Source: Histomonas meleagridis 2922-C6/04-290x (taxonomy: Eukaryota; Protista; Parabasalia). From it: a DNA stretch of 37,071 bases. A model generated the notes under the pieces. That model was not told where the DNA came from, did not search any database, and worked only from the letters and a program-made list of their open reading frames with translations. Position numbers and translations under genes: made by a program. Positions within the stretch are counted from its first letter, which is position 1. Each line of letters starts with the position of its first letter. Shown piece after piece: positions 1 to 14,848 of the stretch. Where the stretch lies: NCBI GenBank assembly GCA_020184695.1, contig JAANOX010000066.1, positions 1 to 37,071 of the forward strand, given 5' to 3'.

Positions 1-3000
1 TTTCTTTTTGTCATAATAAATTACAAATGTGAATAGACAATATACTTGAAAAACATCTTGTTTGAGGATTTGTTTGTTGTCTAAGCATGTTTGATGCATT
101 ATGAAAACGATCAACGATATCACACGGTAAACGCTCCATTTTTGAACAAATTGCTATCAAAAATTCGAAATCAAACTGTTTTATCGGACTGATATCGTCG
201 TTTGGATGTGTAAATCAGTTTTATAATTGACGAAATCGATTTGATGCCATTGAGCAATTGGTTCAACCCCATCAATAAATATGACGGACAATGATAATAA
301 AGGGATATGGGCAAGTTCGGTCAGTGTGCATCTTTAAGTGGATCAATATACAGTTAAAATTGGTGAACATTCGATGAAATAAGCGGAATTCTTCAAGAAT
401 GGAACTGATGTGTGGATGAACTAAGATGTTGAAGAGAGTGATGAAAATTCCTTCCATTACATTGGGAAGGATATCTAAATGAAGTGTTGGAAAACTGTTG
501 GTCTCATTGGACCTGGGTGTATGATATATCATTTAAATTCTCCATAGGGATTATAACAAACCCATCAATTGAAGACAAGTCAAGATCAACGGATCTGGTA
601 AAGCGGAACAGTATTTATTCAGGATCATCTGAATAACGAAGGACGACGGATTCAAGGGTAAATTTAACAGAATCAAATAAATTAGTTCCATGTTTGATCT
701 TCGTACCAATTTGATATTTCAGCTGTGTCTCCATCTGGGACAGATTGGATTTGAGCAATAATTGGGCTAATTGGACATAGAGGATATTTGAGATTTAATT
801 ATGTGTGGTTCGATAAAGTTCTGAACCACACATCCAATAGTGTTACGATATGTGGAACGTTTCTTCAACCAGTGACCCATCGTATTCAGTTTTGACTTTT
901 CAGCTCATCTTTTAATTAGCCAGGAAGAGTTACAGGTGGTACTCTTTGAGTAAGTAAATGAATGTGCTATCAATGTACCTTTTTATCAAGCTGCAAAACA
1001 CAAAATCAAACGATGCAAATATCAAAAATTATCAGCTGTGTCGTTCGAAAGTGGTTGGATGTTTATAATGTTGGATATATGTGTTAAATAGGAAAAGAGC
1101 AGATTTTGTTTTTATTGCTTGACATCTTGACGATTTGAAACTATTGGATGGTTATTGCAAATTAAAACTCTGAATAGCATTGTTAGAATAAAATATTCGC
1201 CCAAAAAATTATTCATCTCAAACTTTAGAGAGTACCCGAGTTAAACTCATCTGTGGGGGTAAAAAATCACTGATATATCTCAGTTGATAACACAACTCTT
1301 TCCATGTTATCATTCAGGTAAAATCATAATCTTGGACTCAGAATAAAATAGCCCTTTGAATTTATAACATAATCATAAAAATTTTAATAGTAAATGTTTC
1401 TTCATCAATCTAATTAATGTTTACATATATTTTTTTATTTCATGGTTTTTGTATTTTGATAGAAGAAAAATAAAGGTTAGTTACAGATAATTTCATGAAA
1501 ATATATTCACGATTAAGTGAATTTGATAATGGATAACATCTGGCAATACATTGAAACAGTTGGTGCTATGTTCCATTCGTGATATCTTTATTGATTGCAT
1601 TACGTCTTTTCTCGCAATTTTTGGATAAGGATGCTGGTTGAATTGAGTGTTGGAATTCAAACCTTTTTCATAACCAGAAACAACCATTCATTCGTTAAGC
1701 GACTGGGTTAAGATGCCCGATTTATCAGACTGTGCATGATTCCTATGGCGTTGTCACAATGAAATTATCCCTTGAAACCAAGTGCATTCAGGAATCTCAT
1801 CATAATACGCTAGGATACAAGTAGCCTCGTTAATTACATTTCTTTTGCTAAAGAAAATCATATCAACAAAAAAAATCTTGGAATAATCTTCAACTCAATT
1901 TACACCAAGTTCGGTTATAGGATTTTGTTTTACTTCTTAGAATAAAATTTAGTTGACGAAGGCTAGTTTTGGTCGTAATTTCTTTCTTGAACTAATAATT
2001 TATTATTATAACGTAAGTCTTGTTGTTATGGTGTATTTCCCTCAATATTGGAAAAATATTTCTTAAAAATATGCATACAAAATATCGTTGACCGATGTGG
2101 GTAAACTATCAATCATTTGTCACTTTTTTTTGACGTAGTGTTATTTCGCAAAACATCGAAAATACTAGACGGATCTTCTGTTTGAATCGGATGTTAATAA
2201 CTATATGCCTCAATGAACTTTGTTACTCGTAGATACAAGTGGTGTGCTATCTGTGGTTTCCCTTGAAGATCGTGTGATCTTGGATCATTCTCCACAGATC
2301 ATTGGTGATAAGAAGGCTCTAATGTCAGCTGCATCCAACTTCCCAGATTCAATGTTGATATATTTGATGAATGAACTGGACCAGGATCGTGGACGTGGGT
2401 TCTGTGTTTGACGAGATTTTTGTGTTTAATGTATTTTGGAATAAGGTTGGGATGATAAAATTGATCTGGATTGGCTGTTGAGATCAAATGAGCAGAATTT
2501 TTTGGATAGTTAACATTTACAATGTTGATAGATATTTGCAATTAATGTTGAATTATCATTGCTATATCGATTGTTGTGAAACGCTTGTAACTATAACGTG
2601 CTAATTTGTTTCGATTGGAAATGGTTCTCTATGGAGATATCTATTATTATATTGGTTAGGGTATGATTAACACTTCTTCCTATGAAGGATAGAACCATTA
2701 ATGGTTTAGAATGTAGAATATATTCATTCATATTTATTCAGTTCATTTGAACTGTTAGCCAAAATGTTCATTGGTTGATACATTTGTATCTCTTTGTTCC
2801 ATTGTTTTTCTTAGTGAACCACTTTTAAACAATTAGAAGAACAGGAAGCGACAACTCATTGAAACTCAGACTGATGTGATATCAAAAGTTTATCTCAACA
2901 TGGGATTATCAGACATAAATTTATGAGTTGAACGGTCGTAAATATGCATTACATAATGAAAATACCAAATGATTGAACAATATATTCATATTTCAGTTTC

Positions 3001-6000
3001 ATTCATTATTCATGTTTGTTTAAAAGATAAGTGTATATAAAATTTCAAAATGGATCTTGTGTGTATTGGATAGTATGTAAATGTTGTGGAAATAAATCTA
3101 TTATTTATGTGAATTTCTAGATGCATATAAGTGCTGATAATGGTTTGAATCATCCACATGTTTAATATTTTGATATATTAAATGAATGGGAAGATGAGCA
3201 AAATATTTAAATATCTTGTCAAATGTGATTCATTTGTTCAAGAGATGGTTGCTGATTTTAATATGATATCTCATTCAAGATGGAAACATAGGAGTGATAA
3301 CCTATGTGGTTAAAATAATTTTCAAATGTTTTATTTAAAACACTAAGTTGTAAAAATTAGTAAAATAAAATGATTGAATAACATGACTGATATCAATTCC
3401 TTTTGTGCAAGACAGATTTGGCTATTCTGTGACGAGCAGGGTCATCTTGAATGGTGTTGTTTCAAATAATTTAAATGTTCAGATATAATATGATATGTTG
3501 AATTATTAAGTTAATTCTAAAATATAACAATAAAATATCTTTAGTATTGATATTAATTTAACATTCTTGAAATTAGATTAACTAATAATAGTATGGCCAT
3601 TTTGAGATGAATGATAAATGCTGTGATGTTGTAATCTTAAAATGTCTGTGTTGGATTATGATTGAGGATGTCAATGAAATCTAAAAATGATTCAATAATA
3701 TTAACAATCAATTTTTGTTTAGTGGTTGTTATTATGTGATAACAATAAAGTGTATTTGATAATGCTATAAGAAAAATAACACCAAAATGTAATGCTCAAA
3801 CTTTGTTAAGGAAAATTGTTTTATAGAAAGCTATAAATAAATGGATTTATAATTATTATTATCAAAATTTACCTTTTGAAGGAGATTCAACATTTTTTCA
3901 AACCATTTTGTGATGCTAATAAAAAGACCATTATAGACATTTCAGACTAATTCAAATATGCATTTTAAAAACGGAAAAATTATATTCATATTTAATATCA
4001 GATTATTGTTTAAAAAAACAGTAACATCATTATACTACCATTTTTCAGTAAGAGGAATTTAACAATTTCAAAACGTCCTTTATGTGATGACGATGAAATG
4101 GATCTCGATATAATAACAATTTTATAATCAAAAATGAGACTCTCATTATATTACAGATAAATTTTAATTACACTAAAAAATATAAAATATGATTCATATA
4201 AGATATAGTCAAAATGTCTTAACATTTAATGTTTTAAGGTTTACCTATGAGTAAATGTATTTTGAGTAAATCATTTCCTTTGAAAAATGTTGGAAAAGTA
4301 TTTGCATTCTGTAATATTGATCAAAAGAATTATTGACTTTTCGCTACCATATTTAAAACGATAAAAATTGGATTATCAGATACAATACTTTCCCATTATT
4401 AAATCTTCCAAATTATTAGTAGTTAAGCTGTGAATATGATGAAAAAATATCATTTGGATGAATTATTCTTTAAAATGATGTCACTGTAAACGAATGATTT
4501 TGTTCACATAAATGAATGGTTCAAATATTCACCTACAATTTACATATTTAAATGTATGAATAATATGCTTCATTCGATAAATCTTCAGACATTGCTAAAC
4601 AAAATCATACTATCAAGTGTTGATAATTTCTTTATTTATAAAGTCCATCTTCTATAAATGATGGTTCTTGCGTCAAATCAGATGGTTTGTGAGAACTCAA
4701 TTACGGTTTTCAACTGATCTGTTCTAATTCATGTACAGTTCATTTGGATTATGTCCCTCGTTAGCATAACGTTATGATTCCCAATCATTATTTGTGGTTG
4801 CACCAATACCATCAAAACTCTCTGGATGATTGCAAGGAAAAGCAAATTTTCAATTAGTTGTGGATTTATAATAATGATTTATAATGTTCACAATATGTGA
4901 TTTTCATTCAAAATAATATAGGTTTAATAAAATGTTTTAATTATTTCTCCTGAAGATAATTAGATTCTTGTGTATAAATATGTGAAGAAAGTGTAAATAT
5001 CTATAAATTGATCATTTGGTGTTTGAAATCATATCGTTCAAATAAACTATTTAAATTCATTTTTGTGATTCTATATGAATAAATAAAATACGTAAGAACA
5101 GTTGAAAGATGGAAAAATTAGAATCATATAAAGTTTTTATTGTTAATGCACTCAATCAAATAATACTGTTATTAAATTATTGTTTTCGGACTCAATACCA
5201 GGAAGTTTGACTTCATTCATTTATCTTTATTTGTTGGTTGCTCATATAAAAAGTTCTTGACTAGATAATTATTATCAAAAAAAGTTCATCTAGTTCACAA
5301 AAAGCACATCATTCAACATTCACAATCAGGTTGAGGTCAAATCATGCAGTTATTAAAGTTCTCAACAATGGAAAAATCATTTAAAGACATAATTTGATTT
5401 TGGAAATACTTGAACTATCATTAGATGCACAGATGCACAGATAAATTCTGGATGTTTTGAATCAAACCAATTCAGAAGAGGTTCAGGCTAAGAATGTTGC
5501 AAAAAAAATCGGTTTTACTAGTTATTTAAATAGTCTTAAGATTAATTTTTGGTGAGGCTGGGACTGGTGTTTAAAATTATTGAAATGAATAATTGTTTGC
5601 TGTTTGTTATTCAAGTGTGAAAAACTTCAATATAATGGATCTCTTTATCATTTCATCGTCTTCAACTATTCATTGTGTGCTTTGCCAAGGAGAGCTTCTT
5701 ACCATGTAGCAATCAAACCTTGTTACCATAATGTTCTTTGGCGAGGAAAACTCAGACATTCATCTGCAATCGTAAAAAATAGAGCGTTCATTAAATCGAA
5801 AGCTGTGATACCTATCTTTCAACAGTTTTATTGTGCCTTCAAGGTGATATCTTTGTAAATATGGAAATATTCTTTCTCGGCAAGCGTAAATATTAGTGAA
5901 TAATTAGCCATATACAGTGTTGTTTATTTTTTCTAAGCCTTCCAGCCATACAGTTGTTGCTAACAATCCGGTTTGTTATGGGTCGGGAGCTCATAATCGG

Positions 6001-8721
6001 TGTGGAAAAAAGAAGTGTCATTTTGATTTTGTCGTTTTAACAAAATAAATCAATTCTCAAAATTAATTGTTCCATTCAAGATATGCAGCATATGACCTGA
6101 TTGAGTTGATTAAAAGGTTTACAAATATTAGCCAGTGCTATGTGTGAATCATTATTACCTCTCTCTTTTTATCTTCCATGAACCTAAAGTTAAAAGTCAT
6201 AATTTTATGTTGAAAAGCTTATATCATTCTAATAGATAAATTACCCCAGTGATTCTTCAGTGAAACTATATTGCATATTAATTTGTCAATAAAGAGATAT
6301 TTTATTGATCTTTTCTGTTTTTTACATTATATCGTTTGTATTTTCAGTGTTTATGGATCGCTAACAGAAGCATTCTGATTTATATAATATTAATATTCAT
6401 GTGTAGAATAACAGATGTCATAATAAAAACATTAATTATTTTTAATAAGATATATTTTACAAAATCTTTTATATATTCAAGTATTTTCAACAGTTCTGTC
6501 AATTGCTCATAAGAAGACAGATGTAAAAATTTGATACAAATGGAGTCGAAAGACATTTTGTGGAAATTTGTGTTCATTTTCAGCTCAGGGTTACCCTACT
6601 TTGCATTCTTTTCGTATTACTAATATCAATTATTCTTGTTTAATCTTCATTCATCAGGTTCATCAATTTCCTTCTGTTTTATATAATGATTCTTTATTTT
6701 TGTTTCATTGTTCTTATTCTACGTTGTTCAAATTTTGGATATTTTTCATTATGTTTCTTGCATTATCAATTATTTTATTGATAATTTCATATTGTATCAT
6801 CATAATTTTCAATAATTCTGATTTAACGTTTGTGTAATAATATTATTCATTAATTTCATTAACTTCTTGTTTGATTTATTATGCCCTTAACTTAAATGAT
6901 TATTCATTTATTTGTTTTTTTCATTATTTTAATTAATTCTAATAATCAACATTTCATTTTTCTTTCTTTCTTCTTTTCAGTATATTCATGCTTCTTGTTT
7001 ATATTTGTGTCAATTATAAACTATTATTGATTATCATCTTTGTATTTCATTCGTTTGTCGAACACGCAGCTTGTTCATTGTGCTTATGGTTGTAAATCAT
7101 TACTATCGTCTTACCTGGACTCTGATGATTTCTTTTATCATTCTCGATGTTCATACAGAGATTGCATTTCTTCGACTTCTAGACTGTTATATAATCATTA
7201 GTTCTTTATATCCATGTCATTGCTTTTCCCACATATTCTTTTTGGACTGTTGTTATGTCAGGTGATTTTGATGATGATGTTCAAAGTGCCCCAATGGTTT
7301 CATCTTCGTGTTTTCATTCTATACAGTATCAAGCATTCTTGTTTCATCAACTGATATGTCAAATGGTATATTTTCCATTCGAATAAGTCCTTCAATGTGA
7401 AGTTCACTAATAACATTATCATCTTCAAAAATTTGTGTGTTGAAATTACTGTTTGTTATCTTGTGCTAGATACAGTTGTGTTTTCAGTGAAGATGTGTTT
7501 TATATGGAATAATAGTCTTCTGAATCAACATAATGCATGGATTGCCAACAATGTCATTAATTATTATTTCATTCTTCTTTTTTTTTTATGATTAGTCATC
7601 ATCTTGCTATAATTGCTGCTCCAACTTCAACAACATTACATCTAACAAACATTGGACGATCTTTTTAACACCTTCTGATATATGGAATCTTCATTGAATT
7701 ATATACAAAATGATTCAGTAAATATCTTTCGAACACATTTTACATCGTCAAAACTTTGTAATAATTTTCTTGTGCTTTAAGAAAATTTCTTCATTCAACG
7801 AGTCATTCATCATTCTCAATTGAAATATTGGATGTCAATTGAATATCGGCTTTATGAACATCAATTGTAAGTATTTTCTAAGTAGAATAGTTCTATTTCC
7901 TTTTCACAATCATTCAATTGTTCGGTATTACAACTGTGGATATGTTTTACATTAATATATATTTTCTGTTGGATATTTTAATTGCCATTATTATCAATGC
8001 TTTATAACCTAAATCAGATCTGCCGTGTTAACAGTGTATGTTTGCGCTTTGATTTTACGGTTGCAATGAGACATCAAATTTACCGCAAATCTTCAGACAT
8101 TCTGATCTTATATTATTATTCAAACCGCGTGTTTCATGATATTCGAATAATGTAGCATGGGCTTTAAGACAAGTTGTTGACCTCGATTGATGTCGCCATC
8201 GTTTGTAATTATAGCATGCTGGTACAGTGATAGCAGCTTCTGTAATTCTGAATTGGTTCATTTCTCAATCAATTAGATCTGATTTTGGATAAGTTACTGA
8301 TATGTTGCATATAATATAGTCTTCTCGATCTGTAGGGTACCTTCTGATTCAATAACTTTGAATGGCCATTCCGATCTCTTCACATCATTAGATCATGTAT
8401 TTTATTAACAAACAGCACATCAAAATGGTGTTTTAGCAGTACTTTCCGCTTGATTTTTCACTTCTGGACCTGTGGTTTTCGAATCTGCGAATCTTTAAGG
8501 ATAAGTTGTTTTGCTGATGGTTGGTTTATTTCATTATATTCCATCATTAATATATGGAAAGACATGTTTCTTATAAAGTCAGATAATATTCTTACATTGG
8601 ATATTGTTTTCCAGCATTATTATATCAGTTATTGATGTGAAAAGAGTGATATATTTTCTAGATAATTTTGAATAATAGATACATAAATTTCTGGGTTTAC
8701 ATTCAGGTGTATATATATAGT

Positions 8722-9546
8722 GAGTGTGCTGAACTCACAAAAGTAGCTGTTGTGAAACAATTGACAATAAGCATTTATCAAGATGGTTACTCGATCTCTC
8801 AAATATAAAGATCATATGTATCAGACGTTTATTATTACGTCAGATTGAATATGTGTTCTCAGTCAAGTTTTGAATATTCAGTAATGTATAATTCGTTCAA
8901 ATCTAATGTGTACAAAAAAGAATTGCTGAAAAATCAAGATGTTCCATTGGTGCTTTGTCCACTGCCAGAATGATTGAAGATATCATTCTCTGGTGAAGAT
9001 GCTCATCGATTCTGATTTTTGATTCATTTCGGGTGAGCTGAACGACGCCGGAAGATGGTTATCTGATTCTGTTCGGATCTGTATATCCTCGCTAGCTCCA
9101 GTGGTTCAGTGTTATATGAAAATAATTCTTGAGTGCTAACCATGTTACGATGATGTTGGTTGGCCACAGAATAAAACCAGCGCTTGCTGGGTTTGGGTGA
9201 TCGACTCGGTCTTCGTCGAGTTTATCAAATCAAAAATGCGATGTATAAAAGAAGTGATATGGGTTGCACTGGATATCAATCTCAAACGGACTTGGTAATC
9301 ATTGAAGAACGATCAAACCTCAGAAGAATCCTGTGAACAATGTTTTCAGTTCATTGATCAAGCAAAATAAAAGTGGATCATGATGGTATCCTTTGGGACC
9401 GTATAGTCCTCATCTCAAGAAATAATTCTGTGCGTTTAAATGAATTGAGAGCTCAATGTTGCAATCGTTGGCCTCATATAAACGAACGAAGTGTGATAGA
9501 TTATAATTATGAAATAAGTGTTAAAAAGCATAATTCTCAGATATAA
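8722..9546 (+). pseudogene. Stop-interrupted reading frame, unknown protein
   Basis: One frame of 275 codons (ECAELTKVAVV...RLLGLGDRLGLRRVYQIKN...DHDGILWDRIVLISRNN) with 11 stops by hand count (8 TGA, 3 TAA). Confidence 0.4.
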
Positions 9547-9828
9547 GTAATTAGTGAAAATTATAAGGATGTTTGGAGATACTCATGAACAGATATTAAA
9601 CAGACTTATATGGATATTGGGACTGAGATATAAGTATTGCTGAATCAGAACGATTCATTTTTATAAAGTCCAAAATAACATTTTCAGTGATTTTCAATAA
9701 AAATGTTTTTGATGAATGGGCATATCTTTTGAACAAAATGTAAAAGTTGTGAATATATAAACATGTTGAAAAATAAATATTTCTAAAAAATAAAGGTTGG
9801 TTAATGTCTTCCATAAATTGCTGCATAC

Positions 9829-10440
9829 TTCATTGACAATGGATTCATTAGTTTTCTATTCAGCATGTTCTTTTGAAAAGATCCCTTTATTCAAATAGTT
9901 TTGGAGGAGGAATTTGTTATTTTCAAGTATCATGATTGATTATTGATCAAATTTATACCAATTCCCTTCTTACTAGTGTATGGATGACAACTAACCTCAA
10001 AATGTTTGTTTAGACAACGTTGTCGTTAATGAGCAAATTTTGTTTATCTGGATTATATAGATCAGATCTTACTGTGTTGTAAGACTCAATATCGAAGTTG
10101 TCCATATATTTGAGTTTTCGAAAAACTATTGAAGAGCAGCTGGTTGATATTTCTCATTGATAATAATGCGGATGTTGGTTTCTATAGATTATAACAATTA
10201 ACTGGATACATAATCCCGAGACTTTGTATCGGACAATGATATAAATTCTTAAATAATAATGAATCTGAGAATAATCCACCTATTTCATTTGTTGAATCTG
10301 ATGTGTTGATGTTTTCTCATTTATTTTGTTCCTCATTGCTTAAAAGTGTTATGAACTTCATATATGATTTAAATAATTCCATATGGGATGTCCAGGATAA
10401 ATGCTGTCTCTTCATATGTAGACAATGGAATTCAATTAAT
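9829..10440 (+). pseudogene. Stop-interrupted reading frame, unknown protein
   Basis: About 204 codons (FIDNGFISFLFSMFF*KDPFIQIVLEEEFVIFKYHD*LLIKF...) with 8 stops by hand count (6 TGA, 2 TAA). Confidence 0.35.
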
Positions 10441-13199
10441 ATATTATATTATAATATTATATCAAGTTACTTCATACAATAAATATATATATATGTATAC
10501 CTGACATTATTCAATATTCAGATAGTTGAAGATTGGTTTATAATCAGAAAAATTCAGAGATTTTATTTTGTCACATTTCAAACACACAAAAATGAATTGA
10601 CCAAAATATTATGTATAAGATATCTCATTAAGGATTGGATAACTGTTAAATATATAATGATACTGAAGGAACTTTGGTTCCTGTAAATCCATAGCAGTAT
10701 TATGACATTGATTAAGGAATAATCTGGATGATATTAATGGATCTAAAATCGAATAATTTCTTGAACCATCAGACACGATGAAAAATTTTGGTGACATTAA
10801 CAGATACCAACATTTTCAGTTAGGCAAATGGCCCGGCAGAACGATCCAGGTCTTTACAGTGTATAATCAAATTGGTTCTTTGCGACACCCATTGTTGATT
10901 TAGATTCTACAATGGACAAAAAAAAGGTGAGTTGGTTATCGTATATTCATCAGTTGTGTTGAGCTACAAAAGATTCTAGGCATTTTGTTACAGAGATGAA
11001 TAATGAACATATTTAATATAGATTATCAGGAAGATAATTTCATGGACTATTCAATTCATAGAAATTGTATAAATTCCTCTAAAAATCATGTACTGATAAT
11101 GCTATTTCGTCCAAATGGTTTTGCCATCTCGTTGACCTGTTGCCCGTCAGGTTCAGTGCTATTTTTGTGGATAATATTTTATCTAAACTTGTTCAAAGGA
11201 TTCAATGATGGTTCGATGTAATTAATTTTTGTTAATATTCAAGACCACGTTACTGCTCGCATCACCACCAATTTATTGTTCAGAACAGATGAAAAGAATA
11301 CATCCCAACATTCGCCTGACGTAGCATTATCGTTTTTATCTTTGGTTAATATCAAAGAAAAACAAGTTATTCTTGAAACCTGAACAGTTCAGACATCGGT
11401 TCATCAATTTTGAATGACGTTCAAAGTTGGTCAGACCGAACACTTCCTAAGAAAACTAGGAAGAGAGATTACAATTCAATGATGGTGAATGTTTAAAAGA
11501 AAAAATAATATTACTGTTTTGTATTTAACATTCTGTTACGGATACTAACTTCTACGGACCTATAATTATTTTGAAATATAAATTATTAAAATAAACATTT
11601 AAATAAAACAAATAAAATATAATTTGGCATTATCAATTCCTTATTGGATAATTAGACATCATTCTCTCTCGCATATCAGATGGTATATCTTATAAGTTTA
11701 CTGTTCAAATAGGTAAATAATTTCAATGTATTTTGAAATACAAATATTAAATATTCAATAATATTATATTTTCTTATTAATATGTTCATATGATCAAGAA
11801 ATGTTCTTTCTGTTAAACATTACAAGTTACTAGTATATATAATAATTAATAATTTAAAATGTTATTTTGAAATATAGATGCTAATAAATTCCTCATCAAC
11901 AATAAATATCTTTAGCATTAATATAATTGTTCTTGTTGAAATGTTAACTATTTCTTATATGAAACCATTACTGGTCGCTTTCATAATATGTTTTAAATAG
12001 TTTAATGTTTCCAGCATTATTTGAAAATAGAGTGTGAAAATAAACATTCAAATAAAACAATAAATATATTGTTTATTAATATCAGTTCTTCTTGTTCAGA
12101 AGTGATTGATTTATTTCTATTATAACCTTCATCGTTGCATATATAGTTGTTGTGTTTTTAAATATTTAAAAATAGTTCCAAGATATTATTTTGCGTCTCC
12201 CGATGTAAATAATTCAAATCAAACAAATAAATATTTTAGCATTAATATGGTATAAAATATATTTGACAATTCAATATTTCCAGGGCACGAATATGATAAA
12301 ATATTTTTTAAGTTTTAACAATTTGAAGACGTTCAAATAAAACAAGTTACAGATCTTTGCTGATTCATTTATAATATCATCACATAATTTTCAATCCATT
12401 TTCAGTTGAGATAAAAAGATTTCATAGTTATGATATAAAATACAAAACTTTCATTCTTCAAATTATCAATTACCCTTATTTTGTATTCTTATAATATTTG
12501 AAGGAAATCTTTTGATGATGTGTGCTGTTTCACCCCATGGCAATGATGCATGGTTGTTACGTGAATGAATGAACTGTGTTCCCATGCAATTATATTGTAT
12601 ATATATAATAAACATGTATTTCATTATTAAAAAGTAATATTTGAAACATTTAATTGGACAAGACCTTTGCATAATCTATTAATGAAAATAATGTTGATTA
12701 ATAAATGAACATCTTTCGGCATTGATTGCTCAATAGATTGATCAGTTCGTTTGTGATGAGTTTTGAAGTTTTCTTATCAGCCATTATTATTGTACAGTTC
12801 TAGTTATTGGCCTGTCTTTATGACATTTATGGTTTGAATAATTTCTTTATGATAGTTATCATATTTTATTGGATTACTGATAAGGTATCTTTTTCTGATT
12901 CATTAAATTTTGTTATTGAATATGTTGTATCTAAAATGCGAATATCTATATCTTTGTGATTGCTGGTTCAATATATTTAATATAAGTAAAATGCTCAGAA
13001 TGATATGTTCTTGATCTAATTAATAACAAACAAAAACTTGTAAACATTTCTTATAAAATTTTGGTTTGTATTATTCTCTTCCTGTGTTCGTTTTTATAAA
13101 ATCAGATACAAACTAATGATTCAAATGCATTAAATATAATAATTTGACTAACATAAAGGTTGAATGGTAAAAATGGTTTCCATCCAGTCTGGTGATGTT

Positions 13200-14340
13200 G
13201 ATGAAGGATTGATAATATTTTCTTCATTCGGACAATTATTGTTTAACAAATACAGAATTCAGTTGTTGTGATATATTTAGTTCCGTTTTATTTCTTTTCA
13301 GCGTTGCTCATTTTGGTTTTGTTTTGGATATGAAACTGTTACTCCAATGGTTTCAATAGGATCTAAATGTTGAATCATTTTCTGGTGTGTAACGATTCTA
13401 TAAGGACGTAAGTGATTTTTGTAGACGCTGGTTTAGTTTGATTTTGAACTTGTGACTGTGAAAAAAAATGGTGCAATTTCGGCAATGAATTAAAGTACTG
13501 CTGACCAAGGGTTGCCTTAAGAAACAGTGTGATCTGAAAAAATGATCGGATTTAGATCAATAGAATCATGGGAAAATTCAATTTTTAATAGTTGAGCTAC
13601 TGCTGACAGTTCAGGAGGAAATAGAAAATGATTTTCAAAAAATATTTGACAAAAGCAAGAATTAAGTGTGGTACAACCAGTGAGATGGTTTCAGACCAGT
13701 TCTCAGATGTATTGGATAATACAGTTCTATATTGAGTCATTGGAAAAAATATTACAATATAACCATATTACAAATCTTTTTCTTAAAAAAGTTCAGGATG
13801 TACAGCCAAATAATTCATTTGGTATTGATGATCTTCATTGGCTCTAATTGTTTTACCAATGAAATTAAGATGACAGTTACCATGAAGAATTCTCAAATTA
13901 ATATCTCAAACAGAACAAAACATTAGTGAGTGCATGGGACAGTAGATCTCGACACTAAGATTAACAGTGAGGGATGATGGTTCTGAGATCTTGAATACCA
14001 GATAATCAATAATTATTCGATTTTGACTCCATAAATCATTTTGTAAGGTGTGCAAAATACAATGTCATCTTAACTTGGATTGTCATTTCTCATTTTGCGA
14101 ATATTCGAATATCTTTTGTATGGTTGTAAATTTCTGTCGCTTTGTATGTTCCAGTTTGAGTGGTTCATGTGTTGTATTCTTTGATTGACATTGTGTGTTC
14201 CCAATATATGCCGAATTGTCGCATCAGCGTGTTGGTGTTCGGAACTTTTGGTTCGTGACTGAATTGGTTGGATCTTTTGTGGCTCGTTCTTGTTCTTCAG
14301 GCGTTTCAGATTTGGCTTCAGTTCGAAATCATTTGGTCAT
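13200..14340 (-). pseudogene. Stop-interrupted, frameshifted reading frame, unknown protein
   Basis: 14340-13636 reads TK*FRTEAKSETPEEQERATKDP...SEPSSLTVNLSVEIY...HPELF*EKDL*YGY with 7 stops in ~235 codons (5 TGA, 2 TAA). It then appears to shift frame into ENHFLFPPELSAVAQLLKIEF. Confidence 0.4.
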
Positions 14341-14816
14341 CGGAGATTAGACTATCTGTATGTATACATCATCATTGGATAAAAGAGTTTGTCATTTGAG
14401 ACTGTTGTGGATCAGGTCTCTTGATTATCGGAAGTTTGCTTCAATATTGTTTCAATCTTATTTCAACAAAATATAGATATTAATTTGATCATTAGTTATG
14501 TGTCAAAGACAAGAACTTGGTAAAGATATTGAGTACCAAGAGGAAGATGGGTTCACTGATGTTTGATAAATATCGAACTAGCCATGTTGGAATCTTCTTT
14601 TTGCAGTCTGCGTATATTTTCGGGCCTTTTGGAGGAAGCGATGGTGCAGTTATAGTGATAAACGGTCGATATCGTTTTGTAATTCATTATTGCAGTTGTA
14701 TCGTTTATGGTTTTCTCAAATACATTAATATGCAATTCAACATTTAATATTATTTATTATGGATTTAAATCAATTAATTCAATAAATAATAAAATAAATG
14801 TTTAAGAAGAAAAAAG

Positions 14817-14847
<31 letters not shown>
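14817..14847. repeat. 31-nt A homopolymer (poly-T on minus strand)
   Basis: Directly visible. It lies in an AT-rich spacer; a similar run follows rps2. Confidence 0.9.

Positions 14848-14848
<1 letters not shown>

Noticed and set aside
14817-14847. Poly(A) tail of a retroposed copy
   Set aside because: No target-site duplication or recognisable upstream retro-element. A similar run after rps2 (~28357-28379) is a U-rich tract on the transcribed strand.
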